This document shows positions 36,791 to 49,600 of a stretch of DNA of 64,000 nucleotides, in pieces. The position numbers and the translations under genes were made by a program. How positions within the stretch are numbered: position 1 is the first letter of the stretch; the number at the start of each line of letters is the position of its first letter. Under the pieces are notes generated by a model that made no database searches, was not told where the DNA came from, and saw only the letters and a program-made list of their open reading frames with translations. This DNA is from Hypanus sabinus (Eukaryota): positions 123,566,001-123,630,000 of the forward strand of contig NC_082708.1 in assembly GCF_030144855.1 (NCBI RefSeq), read 5' to 3'.

Positions 36791-39169
36791 TGTGAGAATG
36801 ATATACACTATATAGTTAATATTTCAGCAATAGTTGAGTAATATTGTAAATATCTTGCTTGATTAAACATTCTTGTTTATTTAAAATATTTCATTGTGGA
36901 TTATGTAAAAGTATGTGAATGGCATACATCATTATGTCACCACATCATAAGCACATGCCTCCATTAAAAGTAAACAAAACTATGAATAGACTAATTATAC
37001 CCAGCCCTGTGTTTTCCTTTTAATTAGTTTTATGTTTTGGAGTTACTTTACTTTACTTTACTTTATTGTCACCAAACAATTGATACTAGAGCGTACAATC
37101 ATCACAGCGATATTTGATTCTGTGCTTTGCGCTCCCTGAAGTACAAATCGAAGTAAATATAATAAACATTTAAATTATAAATCATAATTAGAAAATAGAA
37201 AAGGGAAAGAAAGGCAGTGCAAGTCAGGTCCAGGTATTTGGAAGGTACGGCCCAGATCCGGGTCAGGATCTGTTCAGCAGTCTTATCACAGTTGGAAAGA
37301 AGCTGTTCCCAAGTCTGGCCATATGAATCTTCATGCTCCTGAACCTTCTCCTGGAGGGAAGAGGGACAAAAAGTGTGTTGGCTGGGTGGGTCGTGTCCTT
37401 GATTATCCTGGCAGCACTGCTCCGACAGCGTGTGGTGTAAAGTGAGTCCAAGGATGGAAGATTGGTTTGTGTGATGTGCTGGGCTGTGTTCACGATCTTC
37501 TGCAGCTTCTTCTGGTCTTGGACAGGACAACTTCCATACCAGGTTGTGATGCAACCTAGAAGAATACTTTCTACGGTGCATCTATAAAAATTAGTGAGGG
37601 TTTTAGGGGACAGGCCAAATTTCTTCAGCTTTCTCAGGAAGTAAAGGCACTGCTGGGCCTTCTTGGCAGTGGACTCTGCTTGGTTAGACCAAGTCAGGTC
37701 ATTTGTGATATTCACCCCGAGGATATTAAAGCTTTTGACTTGTTCCACCTGTGCACCACCTACGTAGAAGGGGTTGTGCGGTCCGCTACTCCTTCTGAAG
37801 TCAACAACCAGTTCCTTCATCTTGCAAAACATACAGTGGCAACAGGTAAGTTTTAAATGAATCAGAGATGACTACCTACCTGGTGAGGTACAGCAAGGTG
37901 TTCAAGTTTTTAAAAAGCACAGCAAGATGTTAATTTTTTTTAAAAACTGCATAGCATATGCTGCTTCAGGAAGGGGCAGAAATTGTTGAGATTTTTAAAA
38001 AGGCAGAAAGTGGACTAAATTCATAGATTCATTAACAGTGATTACTGGATGATAATAATCATAACTAAAAAAAAGAGCAGAAATGCCTGGCTACATCAGA
38101 AAGATAGATGCACAATTGCACAAGAGATAACTGGTATTGTATACTAAGTGAATATTGATGTACTTTGAAACAACTGAAATAGCCAAGGAAAGCAAGTGCC
38201 AATTTTGCTGAGTGCATTGGTTTTAAAGACACACAGCTTGCTTTGTAGTTTGACTGCTCCAATCAAACCAGCCAAAATTAGTTAGCTGATATTGTGAAAG
38301 TAATGCAGGGGCATTTCGAACTGAAATCATTGCTGATTGCAGAATGCTTTAGGTTTCAGTGGAATCAAAAGGAAGAGGGGTCATTTTCCGCGCACAAGGC
38401 TGAATTGAAGAAGTTGTCTAAGGATTGTCAGTTCAGTGATGGGCTTAATGATATATTGAGAGATGGTTTAGTTCATAGAATCTTCCAGTAAAACATTCAA
38501 AATGGCTTGTAACTGAAGCACAACTTTCATTTAAAAGAGCAGTTGGAATTGCTGTATCGATGGAAACTGCAGACGGAGACACAATTGAGTTGCAGTCAGG
38601 GATGAATGTGAGTGTGAACAAAATTGCAATGTCTAAACAGAACTGGGCCTGGCCGAACAACTTGTGTTGCCATTGTGGTAAGGGCTTACATACACTAGAC
38701 CAAAGCAGGCTTAAAGGCAAAACTTGCAGAAAATGGACACATACAAAAAGTATGCTGAGTAGACAAAAATAAATGGACTGCACAAGGAAGAGAAAAAGAT
38801 AAAAAGTCAAGTTGCAATTTCAAAAGACAACTAATCTGCATACTGTTGATGAAAAATCTGATAATGATGAGAGTGACACAGGACTGCGATTTACAACGTG
38901 AAAACTAACTATAGACAAGCTACATGGCTTATACCAGAAGCGAACAGCAAATTAACTAAAGTAGAGTTGGACACCGAATCGACTGTTTCAGTCATTCCAC
39001 AAAAGGGTTTGAATGGCATTTCAAAAATATTGAACTGAAGCCTGCAGATATCCAACTGCAAATTTATACAGAAGAAAAGATAATTCCCGTGGGAATGGCA
39101 TTCGTAACAGTGAAACACAACAATCAATGAGCCACATTGAGCTTCTATGTAGTAAAAAGAGGAGGGCCT
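36791..39169 (+). mobile_element. Gypsy LTR retrotransposon remnant (K02A2.6-like): 5' LTR, PBS, gag, zinc knuckle, protease
   Basis: LTR-like block 36791-37835 (interrupted by Rex1), PBS-like GTGGCAAC at 37836; gag HFELKSLLIAECFRFQWNQKEEG...LKKLSKDCQFSDGLNDILRDGLV; CCHCGKGLH knuckle; protease-like VELDTESTVSVI. Confidence 0.8.
37046..37824 (-). mobile_element. Young 5'-truncated Rex1/Babar LINE inserted in the Gypsy LTR
   Basis: Uninterrupted 189-aa ORF 37263..37832 (KMKELVVDFRR...LYFLRKLKKFGL...RLGNSFFPTVIRLLN) and (TAAAG)n tail at 37046. Confidence 0.92.
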
Positions 39170-40949
39170 TATAGTTCAGCTGTTTGGCCAGCCTTTTCAA
39201 TTTGCTTCTAAAGCCTTTCTCAGCACTGTTACAATCTGGGTGTGTTCTTGTGAAACACTTTGACATGCTTTTTCCATCACAGGCACACTCTTGAATAATT
39301 TTGCCATTTTCCATAAACTTCTATTGGATCACCCTGTGACTAGAAAAGCAGATAAAATTTAACTTCAGATTTTGTCCCAGGATTCTCATGTGGAGGTATT
39401 TCATTCTTTTAGTCAGCAATAGATCCGCAGTGAGGATTATGCAAAATGGCAGGTGTCTGGGTTCAGAGAATGATCATTTCCTGATTGTAACTGCTCAAAA
39501 GCCTTTCTGTAGATTACTTTTGGGTATCTAGTTATTTGCAAAGACTCTACACCTGTCAGTCAGAATGAAAGGACACAGGGTGTCATCTTACAACATTTAA
39601 ACAATAAATATAACGAGAAGCAACTTAAAACTACACACAAAGCAAAAACAAATATGTGGGTGGTTAACACTGCCTCAAGACATAACGACTGAAGAGCCAC
39701 TCACTTCCTTTGAGCTCTGATAACTTGTGGTGGAGGGAGAAAAGAGCTCATCAATAATTGACCGTAAACTTGATACATGGATGTTCATCTCCTACAGTAT
39801 CACCTGGGCACGGTCTCTGTTCTAACAAAAGCCAGCATGATGAAGTGTTGGACCTTTTCAGCCTAGTCAGTGGGAAAAGGAGAAAGAACTATTAAAGATT
39901 AATGAGAAATTCCTTTTATTTTTTTCTTCGTGGTACCAAGAGAAGGTACCTTTTGTCCAGGCTTCTCTTCCCCATCCTACCAATGAGTTAAAAAGTTCTC
40001 CGGCCTCCTTCTCTGTCCAGGTAACTAGCCCAGATGACTGCTTCTGTATTTATTTTATTTATTTTTTCCATTATATCATGCAACTGCCACCACTTCCTGG
40101 TGATTTTGGGCAACAAACTGACTTGTTAAAAATTAAAACCACACACTGTCCAGAGTTGATAAGGTTGGCCACCTAATTGACTGTGCTGTTAGAATTGGTG
40201 CTATAAAGAATTGTTAGTAGTAATAACATTCATAAGTTTCCCAATAGCCTTGTGAATAAAAGCATTTCTAATGTCACTTAAATCTGTTTTTAAATTGTGT
40301 GTGGTAGTTGATCTGGGCTAGACATACTTAGGCATTAAGTACAATGATGAGTGTTTGAATCTATTTATTTTTTTCTCAGAAATTTATGATCTGACTGTCC
40401 ATGAGACTTAGATCAACACGAGCAATACTCATGACTCAATAATAGGAATTCATCTGTTAGTAAATATTTAGGACAGAATCATTATTGGACTGAAGTACAT
40501 TCAGCAACATTTCAAAATGTTGGAAAACCCCAGAACTTTTCCCATGTAAATGTTTTTATCAGAATGATGCTCTAAATATCAAACAGAATGATATTCTCTT
40601 GAAATGGCAATAACTAATCACTGGTCCAAGAGCAAGAAATAACAAAGTAATCAAATTACAACAAGCAACATTAAGGTGATTCAAACAAGTATCACAACAT
40701 GATCTTTGCATTATAAAATGGTGTATTTCTCTGCAACTTTCAAGGGACTGTCGACAGATCTGACCACCTGTACAGCTGGATGGTCAGAATCAGATTTATT
40801 ATTACTGATCCCAGTTGGCGAGCCCTCAGAAGTTAGTGATTGGAATACTAGAATATTTCTGCAAGCAAAGGAGTACTTCCATGTTCATCAGATAAGAAAT
40901 TAGCAAAACAAAAAGGAGAAAAGGAAAGAATTAGTACTTAAATACATTA

Positions 40950-42303
40950 GGAAATCTGCAGATGCTGGAAATTCAAGCAACACACACAAAATGCTGGTGG
41001 AACACAGCAGGCCAGGCAGCATCTAGAGGGAGAAGCACTGTCGACGTTTCGGGCCGAGAGCCTTCGTCAGGACTAACTGAAAGGAAAGATAGTAAGAGAT
41101 TTGAAAGTAGTGGTGGGAAGGGGAAATGCGAAATGATAGGAGAAGACCGGAGGGGGTGGGATGAAGCTAAGAGCTGGAAAGGTGATTGGCGAAAGTGATA
41201 CAGAGCTGGAGAAGGGAAAGGATCATGGGACGGGAGGCCTCAGGAGAAAGAAAGGGGGGGGGGAGTACCAGAGGGTGATGGAGAACAGGCGGAGTGATGG
41301 GCAGAGAGAGAAAGAAAAAAACTAACTATATCAGGGATGGGGTAAGAAGGGGAGGAGGGGCATTAACGGAAGTTAGAGAAGTCAATGTTCATGCCATCAG
41401 GTTGGAGGCTACCCAGCCGGTATATAAGGTGTTGTTCCTCCAGACTGAGTGTGGCTTCATCTTGATAGTAGAGGAGGCCATGGATTGACATATCAGAATG
41501 GGAATGCGACGTGGAATTAAAATGTGTGGCCACTGGGAGATCCTGCTTTTTCTGGCGGACCGAGCATAGGTGTTCCACGAAACAGTCTCCCAGTCTGCAT
41601 CGGGTCTCACCAATATATAAAAGGCCACACTGGGAACACCGGATGCAGTATACCACACCAGCCGACTCACAGATGAAGTGTTGTCTCACCTGGAAGGACT
41701 GTCTAGGGCCCTGTTCACTAGAGAAAGGAGGATCTCCCAGTGGCCACTCATTTTAATTCCACGTCCCATTCCCATTCTGATATGTCTATCCATGGCCTCC
41801 TCTACTGTCAAGATGAAGCCACACTCAGGTTGGAGCAACAACACCTTATATACCGGCTGGGTAGCCTCCAACCTGATGGCATGAACATTGACTTCTCTAA
41901 CTACCGTTAATGCCCCTCCTCGCTTCTTACCCCATCCCTGATATATTTAGTTTTCCCCCTCCTTTTTTTTCTCTTTTTCTGCCCATTGCTCTACCTGTTC
42001 TCCATCTCCCTCTGGTGCTCCCCTCCCCCTTTCTTTCTCCTGAGGCCTCCCGTCCCATGATCCTTTCCCTTCTCCAGCTCGGTATCACTTTCGCCAATCA
42101 CCTTTCCAGCTCTCAGCTTCATCCCACCACCCCTGGTCTTCTCCTATCATTTTGCATTTCCCCCTCCCCCCTCTACTTTCAAATCTCTTAGTATCTCTCC
42201 TTTCGGTTAGTCCCGACAAAGGGTCTCGGCCTGAAACGTTGACAGTGCTTCTCCTTACAGATGCTGCCTGACCTGCTGTGTTCCACCAGCATTTTGTGTG
42301 TGT
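40950..42303. mobile_element. Penelope-like retroelement, head-to-head inverted pair with 15-bp TSD
   Basis: GIY-YIG ORF 41363..41689 on the minus strand (VVYCIRCSQCGLLYIGETRCRLGDCFVEH...LEEQHLIYRLGSLQPDGMNIDF); right arm from about 41720 is its inverted copy; TACTTAAATACATTA at 40935-40949 and 42304-42318. Confidence 0.92.
41040..41073 (-). ncRNA. Minimal type I hammerhead ribozyme-like motif in the Penelope 3' end
   Basis: Minus strand GTC-CTGACGA-AGGCTCTCGGCCC-GAAA-CGTC-GAC: intact core, short stem I (GTC/GAC), GUC cleavage triplet; stem II has one mismatch. Confidence 0.6.
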
Positions 42304-43429
42304 TACTTAAATACATTATCCACCCCTGCTTTACAGAGGGTACCCTCTTGTCAACGTATCCCACAGGAGTAATACCTATGCAGACAAGCCTCACACAAGG
42401 TAGTCCTCACTCAAGTTCACCATACCTCAAGCACAAGCTCACACACGTGGCGCAGTTACGCTCAATATCAAAGTCAAGGTCAGCTCGCTTTCGGAAACAT
42501 AGCCACAAAGCTCTGCGGGCATTTTCTGCTAATAAAGAGCATGTCTTAAATCACAGCTGCTTAGCTAAAGGAAAACCTTTGCCTTTATGGTGTGGAATCT
42601 ATGCATTTTGGTTAATATGGCTTTACCACTCAGAGCTGGAGACCGTACTTGCAGCTTTTCCAGACTAGGCATTCAGGACAGCATTTAAGAATGAACAGGG
42701 ATTACACTGCAATATTCTAAAGGAAGTGTCCCTGTACAAGAAGAGATGCTCCTTCACTCACTATTCTTCTCCAGCCTCAAGAGCCAGTGTAGGTTTCTCT
42801 GCCCCCTTAATTATGTCTGCCAAAACATACCCACCCACCCCTTTCCTCTCCCCAACCCATTGGTGCAGAACTCATCCAGCTCTTAACAACACTCCTTAGT
42901 AGCTGGAAAACCCCTCCTTGCACTGAGGTGCGACTCTCTTAAGGCTGCCTTGTGAAGTCAGAGTCATGACGATAGATGACAGACGAATGACGATTAGACT
43001 AGCAACCTCTTTGGTCCTTGAAGCAGAGCAACATTTCATGAGCAAGGTGATACCATTCTGTTCAAACTGGCAGCTGGTACTTACTGAAATTGCTAATTCT
43101 GTTTTAAAACTAATAAATACTATTAAGATGTATTAATTCTATTAAAAGCTCATTAGTTTCATCATTACTCTTTTCTTCTTTCTTTTAAACTGCTCAGCTT
43201 CTTAACTGGATTTATTTTTAGCTTTCCACATATCTCTATAGTGAGAATTTATAAAATTTTTCAACTACTGAGGTTTACAGATTTGCATTTGTAATATCCC
43301 ATGTATTTCTGGAGGACCGCCTATTTCCTGAGCAGCCCACTTAATGTACCTTCAGTTTTGTCCTAAATACTTGTGTTTTTTTATTATGCATTTTCTTCAG
43401 TTCTTATTACTACTTTATGCCATTTCACC

Positions 43430-43696
43430 ATCATTTATTGACGGTTTTGTCAGAATCATGTTCCCCTGTCATTAAACACCTAACGATCAAATGCCATCTG
43501 GTCCATTCACCAAGCCTGTCCTCCTTCATAATCTTGACCACAATTTACATACCACCAGAGGCCGACTATAATCTAGCACTTGAGATACTGCATGATGCCG
43601 ACTCCATACAAGAAACAGCCCATCCCGACACATTTCAGATCATAGTCGGAGATTTCAACCAGGCTTACTTGAAGAAAACTATGCCCGTTTACCATC
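43430..43696 (+). mobile_element. Rex1/Babar endonuclease fragment (5' part of the element split by the Gypsy insertion)
   Basis: HLTIKC...ILTTIYIPPEAD...FQIIVGDFNQAYLKK. Confidence 0.8.
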
Positions 43697-46600
43697 TGTA
43701 TTGAGAGACCCAGGCGAGGATGGTTGGACCCAGGTACTGGAGTACTGAAGTATCTGAGGCTGGAATTGAGACACAACGCGGGACCGAAATGAGAACAGAA
43801 CACTAAACTAGATGCTAGACAATAATCCAAGTAGAGCTGATGATTAATCACTGAACTTCCATTCAGGTGCTCTGGTGTGGTTGGGTTCGTATCATAAAGC
43901 CCCCACCCCTTACAGACAACTCCTGGCAGTCCTGTCTGCTCAGACAGACAGTGATGGTAGTCATGGATGAGAGCCGGATCCAGGATGTCCTTTTCAGGAA
44001 TCCAGCACCATTCCTTGGGCCCGAATCTTCCCCAGTCCATGAGGAACTGACAAACACCCGGTGAATGCAAATTTCTTTAAATGGTGAAGACCTTTTCCCC
44101 ATTGACAAACCTGGGTGGCCACAGGACTGATGGTGATGGGGCTAAAGGACGGGAGGTACCAGGTTTCAATTTGGAGATATGGAAAGTGGGGTTGATCTAG
44201 AGGACCTTGGGGAGCAGCAAGGTGTAAGATTTACTTTATTTGAAAGCCTTGAAGGATCCAATGAACTTGAGCTCCAGTTTCCTGGACTCCACCTGGGGAG
44301 GCAAATCCTGAGCTGACAGCCAGACATGTTGCCTAGGCTGCAAAGATGATGCTGTCTTCTCTTGTAGTTAGACTATATTTCAGCCTTCTGGGTAGAGGCC
44401 AACAACATCTCCCTTGCAGCATCAGAAAAGTTCTTCGGCTGCAGGACCCACAACCTCGGTCTCCTTCTGAGGGAAGAGTGGCAGAGAAGACCCAAACAGA
44501 GACATCCTGGGTGCTGAATGCTGTAAAGTGCTGTGAGCAATCTCTGCCCACATCAATTGCTGGTCACATCACTCGTTTGGTCTTTCTGAGGCCAGGCATC
44601 TTTGGGTTCATGCCAAACTTGGTTCGCCTGCTCCATCTGGCCATTGAAACTGCAGGTGAAACCTAGAGCAAAGACTCACTGTTGCCTCAATCAACTTACA
44701 GAATTGCCTCCAAAATCGTGTTATCACTTGGGGACTACGATCTGAACATATTTGAAAACTGTGGATTCTGAAGACCTGGTGCAGAACAATTTCAGCTAAC
44801 TCCACCGCATATGGTATTCTTTCAAAGGCAGTGCACCTGCAAACCTTTGAAAACAATCAACAATTACCATGGTAATAGTCTTCTCCTTGGAAGGAGGAAG
44901 ATCCATGACAAAGTCCATGGAGATGTACACCCATGGTCTGTCCAAAACAGGCAGGGGGTGAAGGAGGCCTTGAAGTGGGGTATGGGGTTCCTTGGTCCTG
45001 TCTCACATCTCACATTCCTGTATGGTCGGACCTCTCTCGCTGTTCCATGCCACTAGTCTCTTCAATTGATGAACTCAGGGGCCCTGGCAATCCCTGGGTG
45101 AGCAGTCATTCCTGATGAATGTCGCCATAGAAGAACCTGAGACTGGGCAGAACTTGGGATGAACAGCCAACCCAAAGGACAGTTCTTAGGGATCTCCCCT
45201 TGTGCCTGGGCTTTGCAAACAAGAGTGTTGATTCCCCAGTGAACTGGAACTCTCTCCTTGGCTTGGGGCAAAATGGTGATAGCCTGCTCCTCTTGTTCAT
45301 CAAACAAATTGGGACAAGGCATCTGGTTTCTGCTTTTTTTTGGCCCAGTCGATAGCTCTGGATGAAATTAAAGCAGTTAAAGAAAAGAGACCACCTAGCT
45401 GAAATTCAATGTCTTGGCCTCCTGAAGATGAGCCGGGTTCTTGTGGTCTCTCCAAGCAGTAAAAGAGTTCTTGGCCCCCCTCAAGCCAGTGATGTCAGTC
45501 TTCCAAAGCCAACTTGACCGTGAGCAGCTATTCCTATAGTTCACCTCTGCCGGGGATAGTCATCTGAAGAAAAATGCTCATGAGTGCAATCTACTATCCA
45601 ACCGTGTCCGTTGAGCCAACACTGCACCCCTACCAACATCTGAGTCGTCCATCTCCACGTCACGAACCGATATTTGAGATCTGCAAAAGTAGCCTCCGCT
45701 TTGGTAGTCCAGACAAAAGGGCCAGTGGATTTCTTAACTAGAGCTGTCAACAGAGCTCTCACTGAGCTGAGGTTTCTTATGGACTTCGGGTTACAGTTGC
45801 CTAATCCCGGGAATCATTGGTTGTGACCAATATCTGACTGCCTGGCTCTTAGTAGGCTCCACCTTGAGATTGCCATTAGAGATTAGAAAACCCAAAAATT
45901 AAATGGTGGCCACATGAAATTCAGACTTCTCCAGCTTTTGATATAAAGTCCATGGTCTAAAAGCTTCTTTAAAATATCCCCGAAGTGAGCAGTGTGCTCC
46001 TCCACAGATTCCAAGAAGATTAGGATATCATCCAAGTAGAGGAAGGCATAGTTATGGAGAGCATCGTTTATAATGGTCTGGAGAACCGCTGGAGACTTCA
46101 GTGAGCCGAAGGTCAAGCCCGGGTACTTTCAGTCTCTGTCGGTGTGTCGAATGTTGCTTTCCACTCACTGCCCTCTTGCGCGCAGTCAGGTTGTACACAC
46201 CCTGCAGGTCTAGCTCCGAGATTACTCTTGCCCCTTGGAGAAACCCAAAGGTGGTATTCATGAGCAGAAGGAGGTAATGACTCCTGGCCATTGTGCGATT
46301 CAATCCTTTGTAATCCATGCATGGCCGCAGGCTCCGGTCCTTTTTCTGTACGAAGAAGAAACCCACACTGGCTGGTTTGGTGGAAGGTTGAATGAATCCC
46401 TTTGCAAGAGCCTCCTTTATGTACTCCTCCATAGCACTTCTCTCTGTGGGACTGAAAGTGCGTATAATCAACCCCATAGGAGATAAGTACCAGATAGTAG
46501 GTCTATAGCACGGTTGTAGGGTCGGTGCAGTGGAAGAGTCGAGGCCTTCCCCTTGCTGAAGATCTCTTCCAAATCCTTGTAGACAGAAGGGATTTTGACT

Positions 46601-49600
46601 GCTTTGGTTGTTGTAATTAACTCTGAACCTTTCTTCGAGGCTCTTTAGGTGGTGGGAGTGACTCAACAGGCCTCAGAATCCTGTCCATAGGTTCACTAGA
46701 GTCTTTCATTGAAACAGAAACCAAATCAGATTCCTGATCCTCATCCATATCCTCTGGCAATGGCAACGAGGTGCCAAGGGTCTGCGTCTAGGGGTCTTTA
46801 ATTCAGTTGAGACCTGGTGGCTGGATCCCTTTGGCTTAGCAGCTAGAGTTCCAGATTGCTTGGGCACCTCCTTGATTTGCTCCTGAACTAGAGACACCCT
46901 CTTTCTAGTTCCAGCACAGTCCTGTTGGCCAGAGCCAGCATGTCTGTCCTTGGAGGTGGGACTGACTCTCCAGAAGGCTTCAGGTTATCCCAAACTGAAG
47001 TTTGCCCCCTCGTTAGTCTCGAGAGAACCTGGGGGTCAAAAACATACCCCCTTGCAGTGACCAGATCAAGCAATGATCTTCCCTTCCTTCCAGTTCACAG
47101 GAGGGTTATGCTGGGACTCCCAAGGGTTCCCGAGATCAGGGTTATGAGAGGCGAATCAGTGACACAGAAACTAATGGCCATCACATGATCTTCAATCTTC
47201 ATTCGCAAAACCAACGTCTGCTGCCAGATCTGCCCGGAGCCTAGCGGACAGCCATCCAGAACAGGTGTGGGCATGGACTGGCTCAACTCCTGCAATGATA
47301 TGTTTAGCCAACAGGCAGTCCTCCAGTCCGGGAGATCACCAGCTGTCCCAGAGCCCACAAAAGGCATCTCTCTTCAGTTCACATTCCAGGAGATTTCTGT
47401 CTTTGGTGTGAGACCAGAATCCATTGAGCTGGGAGTGATGGCTGTACCATCACAGTCCTCCGGAGTGATGGCCGTACCATCACAGTCCTCCGGAGTGATG
47501 GCCGTACCATCACAGTCCTCCGGAGTGATGGCCGTACCATCACAGTCCTCCGGAGTGATGGCCGTACCATCACAGTCCTCCGGAGTGATGGCCGTACCAT
47601 CACAGTCCTCCGGAGTGATGGCCGTACCATCACAGTCCTCCGGAGTGATGGCCGTACCATCACAGTCCTCCGGAGTGATGGCCGTTACCATCACAGTCCT
47701 CCGGAGTGATGGCCGTTACCATCACAGTCCTCCGGAGTGATGGCCGTTACCATCACAGTCCTCCGGAGTGATGGCCGTTACCATCACAGTCCTCCGGAGT
47801 GATGGCCGTTACCATCACAGTCCTCCGGAGTGATGGCCGTTACCATCACAGTCCTCCGGAGTGATGGCCGTTACCATCACAGTCCTCCGGAGTGATGGCC
47901 GTACCATCACAGTCCTCCGGAGTGATGGCCGTACCATCACAGTCCTCCGGAGTGATGGCCGTACCATCACAGTCCTCCGGAGTGATGGCCGTACCATCAC
48001 AGTCCTCCGGAGTGATGGCCGTACCATCACAGTCCTCCGGAGTGATGGCCGTACCATCACAGTCCTCCGGAGTGATGGCCGTACCATCACAGTCCTCCGG
48101 AGTGATGGCCGTACCATCACAGTCCTCCGGAGTGATGGCCGTACCATCACAGTCCTCCGGAGTGATGGCCGTACCATCACAGTCCTCCGGAGTGATGGCC
48201 GTACCATCACAGTCCTCCGGAGTGATGGCCGTTACCATCACAGTCCTCCGGAGTGATGGCCGTACCATCACAGTCCTCCGGAGTGATGGCCGTACCATCA
48301 CAGTCCTCCGGAGTGATGGCCGTACCATCACAGTCCTCCGGAGTGATGGCCGTACCATCACAGTCCTCCGGAGTGATGGCCGTACCATCACAGTCCTCCG
48401 GAGTGATGGCCGTACCATCACAGTCCTCCGGAGTGATGGCCGTACCATCACAGTCCTCCGGAGTGATGGCCGTTACCATCACTGTCCTCCCGACACTGGG
48501 CAGTTCTGCCAATGGCTGCAGCTTCGGACATTCAGCCTGCAGGTTACCTGCTTCCCTGCAGCACCAGCAGCCACTGATGCCGGAACTTCTCATCAGTGGA
48601 GAGTCTTGTAGGGTGATTTCCATGGGCTCAACAGGATCCTGAGCAGGAGACAGGCAGGCCATTGTCCAAGGTCGGGGAGTGGAACTGCGATGCGTTGAGG
48701 CTGGGCTTCGGCTAGGCCTCCTCAACCTCCTGAAATAGACTCACCTTCGCTCCACCAGCTGATTATCGAGGCGGATGGAACCTCTAGGTCCTCTTCCGGC
48801 TCTCCCAAGGTGAGGGCATCCTTTAGTTTGTCTCAGAGTCCATGGCAGTACAGAGTGACCAAGACATCCCTTTCCAGCACTCTCCTGGGCCAAAGTCCAA
48901 AACTCGATGGTGTAGTTGGCCACTGACCGTCTGCCCTGACGCACCCTCATCAGGTTCGGCTTGCTCCAGTGGGATGATGAAGCATTTTCCTCGTGTCAGC
49001 CACAAATTGCTCTGAATCCAAGCAAATCTCCAACCTGCGTTCCCAATGAGCAGTGGCCCAGGCCAGGGCTTTCCTGGTCCGGAGAGAGATAATGACGGCC
49101 ACCTTTCCATGCTCTGATTGGATCCGGGATGGCTGGAGTTCAACACCAGTGAGCATTGAATGAGGAAGCTGCAGCAAGACCCCAGGTCACTGTCGAATCT
49201 CTCCGGGGTTGGAGGATGTACTGGCTCCACAGAGTGACCAACAGCCTCACCCCAGTGACTCTGGCTTCCCCTTATGGTAGTTGGCACACAGCGACCTGGG
49301 GATCGTGTATCATCGGGCCTTGAATCGAAGTCCTCTCACCATCTCGTCGCAGCAGACGAGAGACCCTGATATCCACAGAGTCCACGTCTGGCTCATTCAT
49401 ACTGTGATGAGAGACCCAGGTGAGGATGGTTGGGCCCAAGACCTGATTCGAGACATGATGCGAGACTAAAACAAGTACAGAATACTAGACACTCAATGAT
49501 AATCCAAGTAGAGCTGATGATTGAGCACCAAACCCCCTTTTATAATCCTTAACTATTGAAATCCTGGTGCCAAAGCATGGCTGCCAATTGGCGAGACGGT

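Noticed and set aside
39021-39314. Minus-strand ORF containing ECAC...C...C
   Set aside because: Cysteine spacing does not fit CXC, no in-frame splice acceptor or signal exon was found, and half of it is antisense to the Gypsy protease remnant.
39961-40020. 60-nt stop-free segment between ...gtccag and gtaact
   Set aside because: Isolated exon-like pattern with no recognisable product or partner exons; such patterns are expected by chance.
47432-48490. Hairpin-containing 30-bp direct repeats resembling a CRISPR array, and the long repetitive ORFs across them
   Set aside because: Units are head-to-tail with no unique spacers, there are no cas genes and the context is eukaryotic. The ORFs arise because a 30-nt unit lacks stops in several frames; the 31-bp units shift into a stop-containing frame.
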